Both the position numbers and the translations under genes were made by a program. Below, in pieces: positions 30,623-40,616 of a stretch of DNA of 64,000 nucleotides. Numbering within the stretch: the stretch's first letter is position 1; every line of letters starts with the position of its first letter. Source of the stretch: a bacterium. GTDB lineage: Bacteria; Bacteroidota; Ignavibacteria; Kapaibacteriales; Kapaibacteriaceae. The notes below the pieces were generated by a model that did no database searches, was not told where the DNA came from, and worked only from the letters and a program-made list of their open reading frames with translations. The stretch is taken from positions 88,440 through 152,439 of the forward strand of contig JAWXBR010000009.1 in NCBI GenBank assembly GCA_034440235.1. Reading direction: 5' to 3'.

Positions 30623-32965
30623 GTGCTGCGACCTATACCTGCTGGAGATCATATTCCGGCGTCGGACTTGCTTGAGGGGCTGAATGAGAAGCAGCGCGAG
30701 GCTGTGGCGACAACCGACGGACCGCTTTTGATTATTGCGGGGGCGGGGAGCGGGAAGACGCGCGTATTGACGTATCGCATTGCGTATTTGCTGCGTATGG
30801 GGGTGCATCCGAGTCACGTTTTGGCGCTGACGTTTACGAATAGGGCGGCGCAGGAGATGAAGGAACGCATCGGACATCTCGTTGGAGATGGAATTGCACG
30901 CGGTATTTGGGCGGGCACGTTTCACTCGCTGTTTGCTCGCATTCTGCGCAAAGAAGCAGAACGCATTGGATACACAAATGCATTTACGATTTACGATACC
31001 GATGATCAGCTATCGGCAATCAAGGCCGTGATGACGCAGCTTGGTGTGTCGCAACAGGTGTTGCCGCCAACCGGTGTGCGCAGTCGCATCTCGGGCTATA
31101 AGAACAACATGACGCCGTGGCAGGAAGCTGCGCGGAATGCGGATACACTTGTCGACAAACAGACAGCGCAGATTTATGAAGAGTATGAGAAGCGCCTGCG
31201 ACAGAGTAACGCCATGGACTTCGATGATTTGCTGCTGAACATGATACGGTTGCTTGAGCATCATCCAGATGCACTTGCTGAATATCAAGCGCGGTTTAAG
31301 TACATCATGGTCGATGAGTATCAGGATACCAATCGCGTGCAGTATCGAGCAGTGAATTTGCTCGCTGGTGCGCTGCGAAATCTTTGCGTGGTGGGCGATG
31401 ATGCACAGAGTATTTACAGATGGCGCGGCGCGGACATTCGCAACATCCTCGATTTTGAGCGCGATTACACCGACGCTAAGGTTGTGCGACTGGAGCAGAA
31501 CTATCGAAGCACAAAGATGATTCTTGCTGCTGCTGATAGCGTTATAAAGAATAACGTCAAGCAACTGAAGAAGACGTTGTGGACGGATAACGATGAGGGC
31601 GAAAAGATTACGCTGCTTGCATGCAGGGACGATAGAGAAGAAGCAGAGTTGGTTGCGCGAACGATTAAAGACCGCATGCAACTGCACGGCTACACGTTCA
31701 AGGATGTGGCTGTTCTCTACAGAACGAATGCTCAGTCTCAAGCACTTGAAGATGCGTTGCGCCGACTGAACATGCCGTACCACATTGTAAGCGGAGTTAG
31801 CTTTTATAAACGCAAGGAAGTCAAAGACACGCTTGCATATCTACGATTGCTTGTAAATCAGAACGACACGGAAAGTTTACTGCGCATTATTAACGAACCT
31901 GCTCGTGGTATCGGAGCAACATCGCTCGAGAGATTGCAGGAGCGCGCCGTGGCCGAAGGCCGCCCCCTAATCGAAGTTCTACAAAGTCCGTTGGCCATGA
32001 GCATCGTGCAGAAACGGACGCAAGTCGCGGTTGCGGATTTCGTTGATATTGTGAATCGGTATAGAGAGATGGTGGATGATTTGCCGCCCGCGACGTTAGC
32101 GCAACAGTACATCGAGGCGACGGGTTTGCCGCAGATGTACAAGCTGCAGGACACCGAGGATTCGCTAGATCGCTGGAATAACATCGAACGTGTGCTCTCG
32201 CACATCTATGAGCAGCAAGAGCTCGACGAGACACTTACGCTTGCAACGTATCTCGAGCAGATTGCGCTGCTGAGTGATGCCGATGATCCGCAGATAGGAA
32301 GCAATCGTGTTGGACTAATGACGATGCATGCGGCGAAGGGGCTTGAGTTTCCGCTTGTGGTAATTGCTGGACTCGAGCAGGGATTGTTTCCGCTTGCAAA
32401 AGCAGAAACCGATATCAACGAACAGGAGGAAGAACGTCGGTTGTTTTATGTGGGAATAACGCGCGCACGTAAAGAACTTGTGCTTGCGTACGCGGAACGC
32501 CGGTATCGATTTGGTGAGTTGGTGTTCGGACGTCCCTCGATGTTCCTTGCCGAAATCGATAAATCTGCCTTTGCAGAAATGCCCGATCGCAGTGGAAAGC
32601 AGATTGCTGGATCGCGTCCGATAACTGACAAGGTTGCAATTCGCGGCATCGACAGTAAACGTCCGAGCAAAGCCGCCGAAAAAGAAGCATTGTCACATGC
32701 GCGCTTTCAGCCACCTACGTGGAAGGTGGCGAAGCCAAGGGGCTCACACAATGAATACGCTCAGGAATCGGGCGACTCGTATTCGCAAGTCGAAGACGGT
32801 GGTCGCGTCTTGCCGGGTCAGCGTGTTAAGCACCCTATGTTCGGCGTAGGCACGGTGACTGGCGTCAGTGGTGTTGGAACTCAAGCCAAGGCCACAGTGC
32901 TATTTCAAAACGGGGAAAAGAAAAACCTCATGCTCGCATACGCGAAGCTCGAGTTGATTAGTTGA
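30623..32965 (+). CDS. uvrD: UvrD/PcrA-type ATP-dependent DNA helicase
   Basis: LNEKQREAV...PLLIIAGAGSGKTRVLTYRIAYLL (Walker A). Downstream superfamily-1 helicase motifs (DEYQDTN, VGDDAQSIYRWRGA, ..TMHAAKGLEF..., VGITRAR). Confidence 0.85.
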   Translation: MLRPIPAGDHIPASDLLEGLNEKQREAVATTDGPLLIIAGAGSGKTRVLTYRIAYLLRMGVHPSHVLALTFTNRAAQEMKERIGHLVGDGIARGIWAGTFHSLFARILRKEAERIGYTNAFTIYDTDDQLSAIKAVMTQLGVSQQVLPPTGVRSRISGYKNNMTPWQEAARNADTLVDKQTAQIYEEYEKRLRQSNAMDFDDLLLNMIRLLEHHPDALAEYQARFKYIMVDEYQDTNRVQYRAVNLLAGALRNLCVVGDDAQSIYRWRGADIRNILDFERDYTDAKVVRLEQNYRSTKMILAAADSVIKNNVKQLKKTLWTDNDEGEKITLLACRDDREEAELVARTIKDRMQLHGYTFKDVAVLYRTNAQSQALEDALRRLNMPYHIVSGVSFYKRKEVKDTLAYLRLLVNQNDTESLLRIINEPARGIGATSLERLQERAVAEGRPLIEVLQSPLAMSIVQKRTQVAVADFVDIVNRYREMVDDLPPATLAQQYIEATGLPQMYKLQDTEDSLDRWNNIERVLSHIYEQQELDETLTLATYLEQIALLSDADDPQIGSNRVGLMTMHAAKGLEFPLVVIAGLEQGLFPLAKAETDINEQEEERRLFYVGITRARKELVLAYAERRYRFGELVFGRPSMFLAEIDKSAFAEMPDRSGKQIAGSRPITDKVAIRGIDSKRPSKAAEKEALSHARFQPPTWKVAKPRGSHNEYAQESGDSYSQVEDGGRVLPGQRVKHPMFGVGTVTGVSGVGTQAKATVLFQNGEKKNLMLAYAKLELIS

Positions 32966-33263
32966 ATGAGGTTGATTTGTTGAACCAAGTTGATCGGTTG
33001 AACCAAGTTGTCAAGTTGAAGGCCACTAATACGTTGAACCATAAACTAGTTTAAAAATCATGTCGAAATATAAGCGAGCGGCCGCTATTCAGCCGCGCGT
33101 AAAATCAACAGACACGCAATGTCAGGTTATGCGCTTGTTACCAACAAGTAAAAAGCGTGGCGTGAACACTGCATCGTGTACGGTATTGGATTTAATGTCA
33201 GGTGAAATACTTGCTGTCCGAGTTACGGAGCAGAGGCAAGTGGGCGCAAGCAGGCGCGTTTGA

Positions 33264-34388
33264 CTACGCGACGCGTGGGAGCGTGAACGTAATCGAGGTG
33301 CCGAGGCCGAGGGTGCTCGAGATGGAGAAGCTTCCACCGTGGAGTTCGACGAGGCGCTTGGCGATAACGAGGCCAAGGCCGATGCCCTGTTGTTCTTGTG
33401 ATTTGCGGCGGAACTGACGGTATGCGCCGACCTGCATGACTTCGTTTTCGTGCATACCAACGCCGTGGTCACGGATAGAGAACGTGATGTCCTTGCTGCT
33501 AGGTGTGGCGATGACGGAGACGGGCGTGCCGGGACGTGAAAAGTACAAAGCGTTGTCGACGAGCTCTGTTGCAATCTTGTCGAGGTGTTGCTCCATGATG
33601 CACACCGCTACGTCTTCTACGTCGAGGGCGATGGTAACGTCGGCCTGACGCTGATGGGCAAGCGCACGCTGGATGGCAGCATCGTAGATAACCATTGCCG
33701 GCTCTGCGGTGTGTGCCTGACGCATCCGTTCGACGTGCATGGGGCTTTCTGACAACGTTTCGATCTGAGCGTACATCAAGAAATTATCGGTTGTACGCAG
33801 CAGACGCCGTGCAGCAGATAGAATCTCTGCACTTACTTCGCGGATCTCTTCTGGTGGAGTATCACTGGCATGTCCGTGCAGGAACGACGCCTGACCTATG
33901 ATGTCCGTTAGCGGCGTGCGGTACTCATGCGGAAGCGCATAGAGCAGTGATGGCTGCTGCGTATTCGATTGCTGGATAAGGGGCGGCGTTTCGCCAAGGG
34001 TCGGGAGTCCCTGAATGGCAAGCAATGAATGGATGCCTGCGTCGGTTAATGGACGCGATATAACACCGTATGGAATGTCGGTTGTTGCCAGAGGAAGTTT
34101 GTCGCCCGCAAGGAGCACAAACGGCGTGTCGACATTCAGTCCGTGGATATACAGCTTTTCCCGAAGGTCCTTCACCGACAGAAATGCCTGGTCGAGTAGG
34201 ACGGTAGATGGACGATGGTGGCGTACCAACCCCTGCGCCGATGCTACATCAGTAGCGATGAGCACGGAGATGTCGTATCCGAAGAGTGTGCGCGCTGTTT
34301 CTGCACGCCTCAGAGGATCGGCATCAATAAGTAGGATGGTACGTGGACTTGAGGTCATAAATTGAGCGCTATCGCCATGTGGTCGCAT
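33264..34388 (-). CDS. Hybrid response-regulator/histidine kinase (N-terminal REC, HisKA, HATPase_c)
   Basis: REC-like ILLIDADP...D; H-box ALPHEYRTPLTDIIG; ATPase G-boxes IRDHGVGM and GIGLGLVIAKRLVELHGG. Confidence 0.75.
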   Translation of the reverse strand: MRPHGDSAQFMTSSPRTILLIDADPLRRAETARTLFGYDISVLIATDVASAQGLVRHHRPSTVLLDQAFLSVKDLREKLYIHGLNVDTPFVLLAGDKLPLATTDIPYGVISRPLTDAGIHSLLAIQGLPTLGETPPLIQQSNTQQPSLLYALPHEYRTPLTDIIGQASFLHGHASDTPPEEIREVSAEILSAARRLLRTTDNFLMYAQIETLSESPMHVERMRQAHTAEPAMVIYDAAIQRALAHQRQADVTIALDVEDVAVCIMEQHLDKIATELVDNALYFSRPGTPVSVIATPSSKDITFSIRDHGVGMHENEVMQVGAYRQFRRKSQEQQGIGLGLVIAKRLVELHGGSFSISSTLGLGTSITFTLPRVA

Positions 34389-36407
34389 AGGTCAAGCACC
34401 AACGCGTATGGCAATATAGCAATCGGAAACACATACAACAATCCGTATTTGTTACATCAGAAAAAATACCTACAACTGACTCGGCGGTCGGACTTTTGGC
34501 TACGCCAGACGGCGGCTAGGGCCTTGCTGGGATTGGCTCTTGTGGCGTTATCCACAACGACCTGCCTAACACAACATATTACGACATTGTTACATCAGAA
34601 TTTGCAGCCTTTTGGGACTGGAATCCAGTTTGGAGTGGACAAAATCGCCAACACGTTCACGTTTTTCGGCAATGCCGATGTTACCATAGACGGCGATTTT
34701 GGTCGACTTCGGTGGGTAAACACATATCGTGGAAGGGTTTCCAGAACCACGTCGTTGTCCGCAACCGACGACGAGGCGTCGTTTATCGATCTACAAATTC
34801 CACTTTGGGGAGCGCTGCCCGTTACTGCAGTTGTTCGGCAATCGTGGATGCTTGCGCGGGATGCGCGCACCCCGCTAAGCTCGGGTGAACACGTGAACGG
34901 AGCCGTCGGTTTGCGATACGAACCGAGTGACGGCAACTGGGTGGAGGGGTTGGGAGGTGCCGAACATACTTCTCAGCTGGGTGTGCGTGCAACTGGTGCG
35001 CTGGCTGGAATAACGGCAGGCGTTACGAGTCTGCTTGTTGATGAATGGCAGTTGACAGCGAGATCGTTGGCCGATTGGAATGCGATGGACGAGAGGCGAA
35101 CGAATACCGATGTGATGGTGTCGGCCGATGTGTTGCGCAACCTCGATGAAGGGTCGACATTGTCGTTGTCGGTTGGGTACTCCGGACAACGTCGCGACTT
35201 CCTTAGCACGATCGTGTCGGACAAGCCCGATGAATTGCTCGTTGAATCGCGCGGTGAGCGTCGTCTTACGGTTGCGACGAATCTGCTGTATTACGTGACG
35301 TCCGCTCTTAGCATTTCCGCCTCAGGCAATGTGAACGTAAATGGAATAGACCGTTCGTACCAGTCGTTTCTGCAGACTGTACCTATTACGGGCGTGAATA
35401 GAAACCTTTTTGAGTTTCTTTTGGACATGGCAGGTGAGGCGGTGTACACGACGTCTGGATACACGGTTTCGGGACGGGTTGCTTTATTTCGTAGGGACGA
35501 AGAAAACGGCGTGAAACCAGTGTTTGCTGTCGATGAAAGCGCCATTGCTAGTCTTCGGCAACAAGAAGTGCAACGTGACAATGCGACGCAGCGCACCAAC
35601 CTGCTAGGTCGCATAGAGCTCAGGCCTTCGGACGTCGACACGCTTCGAGGTGAATGCAGTGGCTGGCTTCTACGCTACGACACACCGAGCACATTGAATT
35701 ATGATGATCGTGACGAACTCGCCGTGATAGCTTCGATGTCCTATGCTCGCCGTCTATCGCCGACCGTTTCTGTAGGTGTTACGTTGTCTGGACAATCGAT
35801 GCACCTTGTCTTTCTTCGGGCACAACGGAGTGCGCAAAACAACATCAATCGCGTAATTCGCCTAACCCCAACGGTAAACATCACCGGAGCAGTTGTAACA
35901 ATGCAACCACAGTGCGAGGTGCTTGCCAACTACACGGTATACGATTTCGAAGAAACTGCTGGATCGACGCGCTCATATAGTTTCAGGCAAATGTCGTACA
36001 GAGATTCGATGCGTATTCAGCTAACGCCGGCATTGAAAATTGAAACGCAACTTTTGCTGCGATACTCCGAACGATCGTCTCTTTCATGGACCGATTTCGC
36101 AGAGGTCCCACAAGTCAGCAACACAGAGTACCTAGCCAAAATGCTTATTTTCTCGAGCAATTCAGGTTGGAGCATAGGGGCGGGCGCTCGGGCGTATCAG
36201 TTCAAACAAAACACGCTAGTGCTGAGTGTCGACCAAGGTCGATCGCTTGGTTCCCTTAGGTTCTGGGCACCCGAGACGGCCATTCGCTACACAACCACGG
36301 GTGGTTCTACGTTATCGGTGAGTGGTTGGTACGAATTCCAGGTCGTGAACGAAGGTACACGGCGTGAACTGCCGAATCTACTTTTGCTGGCACACATTCA
36401 ATTTTGA
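34362..36407 (+). CDS. Hypothetical outer-membrane beta-barrel-like protein (start uncertain)
   Basis: Hydrophobic leader LLGLALVALSTTTC, alternating beta-strand pattern, C-terminal Phe (..LLLLAHIQF). The annotated start overlaps the divergent HK, so the true start is probably later or non-ATG. Confidence 0.4.
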   Translation: MSAIAMWSHRSSTNAYGNIAIGNTYNNPYLLHQKKYLQLTRRSDFWLRQTAARALLGLALVALSTTTCLTQHITTLLHQNLQPFGTGIQFGVDKIANTFTFFGNADVTIDGDFGRLRWVNTYRGRVSRTTSLSATDDEASFIDLQIPLWGALPVTAVVRQSWMLARDARTPLSSGEHVNGAVGLRYEPSDGNWVEGLGGAEHTSQLGVRATGALAGITAGVTSLLVDEWQLTARSLADWNAMDERRTNTDVMVSADVLRNLDEGSTLSLSVGYSGQRRDFLSTIVSDKPDELLVESRGERRLTVATNLLYYVTSALSISASGNVNVNGIDRSYQSFLQTVPITGVNRNLFEFLLDMAGEAVYTTSGYTVSGRVALFRRDEENGVKPVFAVDESAIASLRQQEVQRDNATQRTNLLGRIELRPSDVDTLRGECSGWLLRYDTPSTLNYDDRDELAVIASMSYARRLSPTVSVGVTLSGQSMHLVFLRAQRSAQNNINRVIRLTPTVNITGAVVTMQPQCEVLANYTVYDFEETAGSTRSYSFRQMSYRDSMRIQLTPALKIETQLLLRYSERSSLSWTDFAEVPQVSNTEYLAKMLIFSSNSGWSIGAGARAYQFKQNTLVLSVDQGRSLGSLRFWAPETAIRYTTTGGSTLSVSGWYEFQVVNEGTRRELPNLLLLAHIQF

Positions 36408-36472
36408 CGGTCTCTATAACATGACGCCTAACGACCTTGCCTACTCATGACTCCTAAAGTCCCTACCCAAGC

Positions 36473-36892
36473 ATGACTCCTGAAGTCCGTACATACTCGA
36501 TACAGATCTCAAGTGAACGCGGAAGTATTGCTGCTATAGAACCGTTTGTGATAAGCATCCCAGAGGCACACCGACTTACCGCTGAGAGATTTCATGACTT
36601 GCTTCTTGCACTTACAGAAGCGGTAAACAATGCTATAATACACGGTAATGAATGCGACTCTTCAAAGAGAGTGCACGTCGACATACAAGTTTTCGAAACT
36701 GAATTTCTCGTGCTTATTCGCGATTTCGGCAAGGGCTTCGATCCCGAAGCGTTGCCCGACCCGAGGCATCCCGACAATCTTATGCGTGAGGGCGGCCGTG
36801 GAGTTTTTCTCATTCGGCACTTGGCCGATGTCGTCGAAATCTACCGGTCAGACCCGGGTACAACCGTTCTTCTCAAATACTTCATTACGTAA
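36473..36892 (+). CDS. RsbW-like anti-sigma factor / serine kinase (HATPase_c only)
   Basis: 139 aa with N-box ALTEAVNNAIIHGNE and G-box GGRGVFLIRHLADVVEI. Its stop overlaps the downstream ATG (TAATG). Confidence 0.6.
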   Translation: MTPEVRTYSIQISSERGSIAAIEPFVISIPEAHRLTAERFHDLLLALTEAVNNAIIHGNECDSSKRVHVDIQVFETEFLVLIRDFGKGFDPEALPDPRHPDNLMREGGRGVFLIRHLADVVEIYRSDPGTTVLLKYFIT

Positions 36893-38496
36893 TGCCACGA
36901 TTCCTGCTCGTGACATTGCTCGCGCCACGATTCCTGTCCTTGGTATTGCTCGGACTTAGTCTTCTGACATCACCGCTCTTCCTGGCTATCGCACAAAGCC
37001 AGTCATCGCTTCCTGATGAGGCACTCTCGTCATTCGACCCTACGCTTGCTCGCAAACACCTCGATTTTCTTGCAAGCGATGCCATGCGTGGCCGCAACAC
37101 ACCGTCTCCAGAATTAAACAAGGCTGCAGAGTATATCTCCGATAGGTTCGATGACGCCGATGTCGAAAGCGTGAACGGTATTCGCCTTCACGAGTACACC
37201 TTGCTTCTTCGCGACCTAAAACTTCCAACTACACTTACATTCTTTCGCGGAAAAGACACACTTCGTTGTGCACCACGCGCAGACTTTGTGCCTTTCGAGT
37301 ACACCGGTGAAAACACAATCAACGATGCGCGCGTTGTAGCCGTTGGTTTTGGGATAACTGCTCCCGAATACAACTACGATGATTACAAGGGGCTCAATGT
37401 TGAGGGGGCTGTAGTGCTTGTAATACGCGGCGAGCCTAGTGTAAAAGATTCTGCTAAAGGATTCCGTGGTAAAGCAATGACGCGTCACGCATCACCACAC
37501 GAAAAAATTCAGAACGCAAAAACGCATGGTGCTATTGCTGTGTTAATTGTCGATTCGCCGAGCTGGGCTAGGACGCTGTCGGTAAAAGGACATCAATGGC
37601 CCGCACTGTTTCCCGAGATTGCGAGCTCAACACCGTCTGTTTCTATGAAGAGCATACTGCGAAACGAACCAGTGCTTCACGTTGGACCTACGATAGTGTC
37701 ATGGCTTTTCGATTCGCTTGCTGGCTTCACGAATTATGCTTTGAGGATTGATTCGACGCTTGAAACAAACTCGCATGAATTCACGGGAGTTACTGCATCG
37801 TGTCATATAGCACTGAGAACCGATAGTGCACGCGTGTCGAATGTAGTAGGTATGGTTCGTGGTTCGGAATTCCCAGACGAATACGTTGTCGTTGGTGCTC
37901 ACTACGATCATATCGGAGTTGAGTACGATAGCAAAAAAACTGACTCCATTTATAATGGTGCAGATGACAATGCGTCGGGCGTCGCTGGTCTGTTGATGGT
38001 TGCCGATGCTTTGGCAAAAAGTGAGAAGAAGCCAAAGCGCAGCGTGCTGTTTATAGCGTTCAGTGGCGAGGAACGCGGACTCTATGGTTCGGCGGCTTAT
38101 GTCGAGAGACCCTTGTTGCCCCTTGACAAATGCGTCGCTATGATAAACATGGATATGATCGGTCGTTGTGAGAACAATAAACTATCGATTGGCGGCAGTA
38201 CGCGGTGTCCGGACCTCGCCTCACTAAATGAAACCGAAAACGCGAAGAGTGTACGTCCGTTAAAACTTGCCTACGACATCGAACAGTATTTCTTTCGAAG
38301 CGATCAGGCAAACTTTGCCAAGCATAAGATTCCAGTAATATTCTACTTCACTGGCGAGCATACAGACTATCATCAGTTAGGCGACGAGATACACAAGATC
38401 AATTTTACTGGTCTTACCGACATCGCACGCATTGCGGCGGGTGTTGTGTGGCAAGCAGCGAGTCGGCCGCGCAGTACGTACATAGAAAAGCCGTAA
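36892..38496 (+). CDS. M28-family zinc aminopeptidase with PA domain (secreted)
   Basis: Signal peptide. M28 metal ligands: VVVGAHYDHIG, DDNASGVAGLL, SGEERGLYGS, NMDMIG. Confidence 0.8.
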   Translation: MPRFLLVTLLAPRFLSLVLLGLSLLTSPLFLAIAQSQSSLPDEALSSFDPTLARKHLDFLASDAMRGRNTPSPELNKAAEYISDRFDDADVESVNGIRLHEYTLLLRDLKLPTTLTFFRGKDTLRCAPRADFVPFEYTGENTINDARVVAVGFGITAPEYNYDDYKGLNVEGAVVLVIRGEPSVKDSAKGFRGKAMTRHASPHEKIQNAKTHGAIAVLIVDSPSWARTLSVKGHQWPALFPEIASSTPSVSMKSILRNEPVLHVGPTIVSWLFDSLAGFTNYALRIDSTLETNSHEFTGVTASCHIALRTDSARVSNVVGMVRGSEFPDEYVVVGAHYDHIGVEYDSKKTDSIYNGADDNASGVAGLLMVADALAKSEKKPKRSVLFIAFSGEERGLYGSAAYVERPLLPLDKCVAMINMDMIGRCENNKLSIGGSTRCPDLASLNETENAKSVRPLKLAYDIEQYFFRSDQANFAKHKIPVIFYFTGEHTDYHQLGDEIHKINFTGLTDIARIAAGVVWQAASRPRSTYIEKP

Positions 38497-38506
38497 GCCC
38501 GTAGTG

Positions 38507-39118
38507 TTATACCGAATTATGCACTAGTATCGATTCTACATACTTGGCGATAACGTCGAACTCGAGATTCACCTCTTGTCCCACCACGAAAGCCCATAAG
38601 GTTGTGACTTGCAGGGTATGAGGAATAACAGCCACCTTAAGCTGATTGTCGGTTAGATCCGCAACCGTGAGCGAAACCCCATTAACACACACTGAGCCTA
38701 CTGGTACAAGCCATTTGCGAAAAGCTGTTGGAAAGGCAATCCACATTTCAGATCCCTGATCCATTTTATCGATACTGGCTACCACACCTGTCGTATCAAT
38801 ATGCCCCTGCACAAGATGGCCGCCCAAGCGGTCCTTCAATCGTACTGCACGTTCGAGATTTACATGGCGCCCGATAGTCATATCACGGAGAGTCGTTCTA
38901 TGTAATGTTTGTGCAACCGCCGTTACGCGAAACGACGTAGAACCGAAGTCCGTGACTGTTAGACATACACCGTTCACCGCAATCGAATCGTCCCTGGACA
39001 TGTCTTGCACAATCGACGCAGCCTCTATTACGAACGCCCTGCCATCGCCAAGATTTTCGATTTCAACAATCGACCCGACTTCTTCGATCAGGCCTGTAAA
39101 CATGGTAGGCTCCCTCAT
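38507..39118 (-). CDS. ribE: Riboflavin synthase (alpha subunit)
   Basis: MFTGLIEEVGSIVEIE... and a duplicated lumazine-binding motif (GDSIAVNGVCLTV / VCVNGVSLTV). Confidence 0.85.
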   Translation of the reverse strand: MREPTMFTGLIEEVGSIVEIENLGDGRAFVIEAASIVQDMSRDDSIAVNGVCLTVTDFGSTSFRVTAVAQTLHRTTLRDMTIGRHVNLERAVRLKDRLGGHLVQGHIDTTGVVASIDKMDQGSEMWIAFPTAFRKWLVPVGSVCVNGVSLTVADLTDNQLKVAVIPHTLQVTTLWAFVVGQEVNLEFDVIAKYVESILVHNSV

Positions 39119-39948
39119 TAATTTCCGCGGATGAAAGTCATTATCCGATCGATGTATGCTTGTGTGCCGAGACCTGTGGGCACGTCTTCGTGACCAGCCC
39201 CTTGCACCACAACAAATGCTTTCGGATTCTTCGCTGCATCATACAAGGCTTGTCCGCTGGCCTTGATGTCGATGAATGCGTCGGCATCTCCGTGCAATAT
39301 GAGCACTGGACATGAAATTTCCGAAATTCGGGCGAGGTTATCAATTTCGTCGCGAGTGAGGTAGCTCTGCGGAATATCGAGCACTGTGGCACTTTGTAAT
39401 AACACCTTGGTGGATGCAAACGCCGACTCAAGGATAAGCACGTGTGGTTTTCCAATTATTGAAGCCTGCATGAGCGCCGGAACGCCACCTAAAGAAAAGC
39501 CGTACGGCACAATAAGCGTGGAGTCGACATCCGGACGCGAGGCCACATAATTCCATGCGGCACGAGCGTCAGCCTGGAGTCCGGCTAGCGAACTCACGCC
39601 CTCGCTACGTCCGAACCCTCGGTAATCGTACACAAACACATCGAAGCCAGCGCGGTAGAGGTACTCTACTCTGGTCCAGTAGTAGGTGATGTGGTCTTTA
39701 TTGCCATGATTATAAATTATTGTATGATGTGGCTCGATGCGAAGTGAGTCGGGCTGACGAATATAGAAGCCGTACAAACGATTGCCTTCTGAATCGAACA
39801 CAACTTCTTCGCGATTTGCTGACGGTATTACAGAATCGGATACAACGTATGCGTCGAGCCTCTGTTCGTTGTACATAAACGAATCGAGAGAGCATGAACA
39901 AAGCATGCAACTCGAAAGAATAACTATTGCAAACAGAAAGCGAGTCAT
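39118..39948 (-). CDS. Alpha/beta-hydrolase fold protein (lipoprotein-type signal)
   Basis: An internal Met gives MTRFLFAIVILSSCMLCSCS, a lipobox-like sequence. Nucleophile elbow GFSLGG. His/Asp near the C-terminus. Confidence 0.7.
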   Translation of the reverse strand: MTRFLFAIVILSSCMLCSCSLDSFMYNEQRLDAYVVSDSVIPSANREEVVFDSEGNRLYGFYIRQPDSLRIEPHHTIIYNHGNKDHITYYWTRVEYLYRAGFDVFVYDYRGFGRSEGVSSLAGLQADARAAWNYVASRPDVDSTLIVPYGFSLGGVPALMQASIIGKPHVLILESAFASTKVLLQSATVLDIPQSYLTRDEIDNLARISEISCPVLILHGDADAFIDIKASGQALYDAAKNPKAFVVVQGAGHEDVPTGLGTQAYIDRIMTFIRGN

Positions 39949-40616
39949 AGTTTTAGTCCCACACCAACAAACATTCCAATCGAGCCTTGTCCGCCAATCG
40001 ACGATTCTCCACGAAAGAGTCCCGACGTCGTTACAACATTTGCAGCCTGCCAGATGAATTCTGCCTGCACGAATATCCTTTCTGAGGCGGGTACTTGAGT
40101 GCCAATCATCGGACTCACAAATACACGCGCGTCGGAAAGCTGCACCGTAGCATGTGTACCTGCATACACGAGCCACGCTTTTTGAATCTCCCAGCTAGCA
40201 ATAATCGATGCATTTGGATAGATGCGAGAGTTGGCAATCGAAGAGAAGTCGGTAAACAAAATCGTGCGAAGTCCGATCGTCATTTCGGGTAACGCACCAT
40301 CCTGCCTTACTATTCTACCCGAAGCGCCTACGTCGATGCCAGCGGTTCCAAATGCAAGCAAAAGCGCATGAAGGTTGCCATGCAACGTCACTTCTTCGGT
40401 GACGCCATGCATTATACCTACTGTTACGTAGGGTATGATTTTTACGGGTGACGACGAAGGAACAACGGGTCCGCCCAACGAAGCAGTAAGTTGCGTCTCG
40501 TTCGGCCGCAGCACGCGAATGGGCTGACCCGCGCTGCACCCTCCGATAAGCCCTCCGATAAGCAATGCGCCTGAGCAAATGCACAGGCATGTAGACAACA
40601 AATGGAAAACCCTCAT
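39945..40616 (-). CDS. Hypothetical secreted/outer-membrane protein
   Basis: Signal peptide MRVFHLLSTCLCICSGALLIGG. Beta-rich, ends ...VGLKL. Confidence 0.4.
   Translation of the reverse strand: MRVFHLLSTCLCICSGALLIGGLIGGCSAGQPIRVLRPNETQLTASLGGPVVPSSSPVKIIPYVTVGIMHGVTEEVTLHGNLHALLLAFGTAGIDVGASGRIVRQDGALPEMTIGLRTILFTDFSSIANSRIYPNASIIASWEIQKAWLVYAGTHATVQLSDARVFVSPMIGTQVPASERIFVQAEFIWQAANVVTTSGLFRGESSIGGQGSIGMFVGVGLKL

Noticed and set aside
30188-30925. 245-aa minus-strand ORF with DDSFP/DESAFDDSLP repeats
   Set aside because: Mirror reading of the FmdB-tail serine/lysine repeat DNA. Overlaps well-supported + strand genes (FmdB protein, uvrD start).
31010-31783. 257-aa minus-strand ORF inside uvrD
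   Set aside because: Lies entirely within the helicase gene on the opposite strand. No motifs. Typical GC-rich antisense ORF.
33215-33262. Hairpin CUUGCUGUCCGAGUUACGGAGCAGAGGCAAG with faint resemblance to SRP RNA domain IV
   Set aside because: The apical loop is a pentaloop rather than GNRA and the flanking conserved SRP motifs (GGAA/AGCAGCC symmetric loop) are not present. More likely a convergent terminator hairpin between uvrD and the HK gene.
39118-40176. Long 352-aa form of the alpha/beta hydrolase ORF
   Set aside because: The N-terminal 76 aa are Cys/Arg-rich without a signal peptide. The internal Met at 39948 yields a clean lipoprotein signal and removes overlap with the upstream gene.
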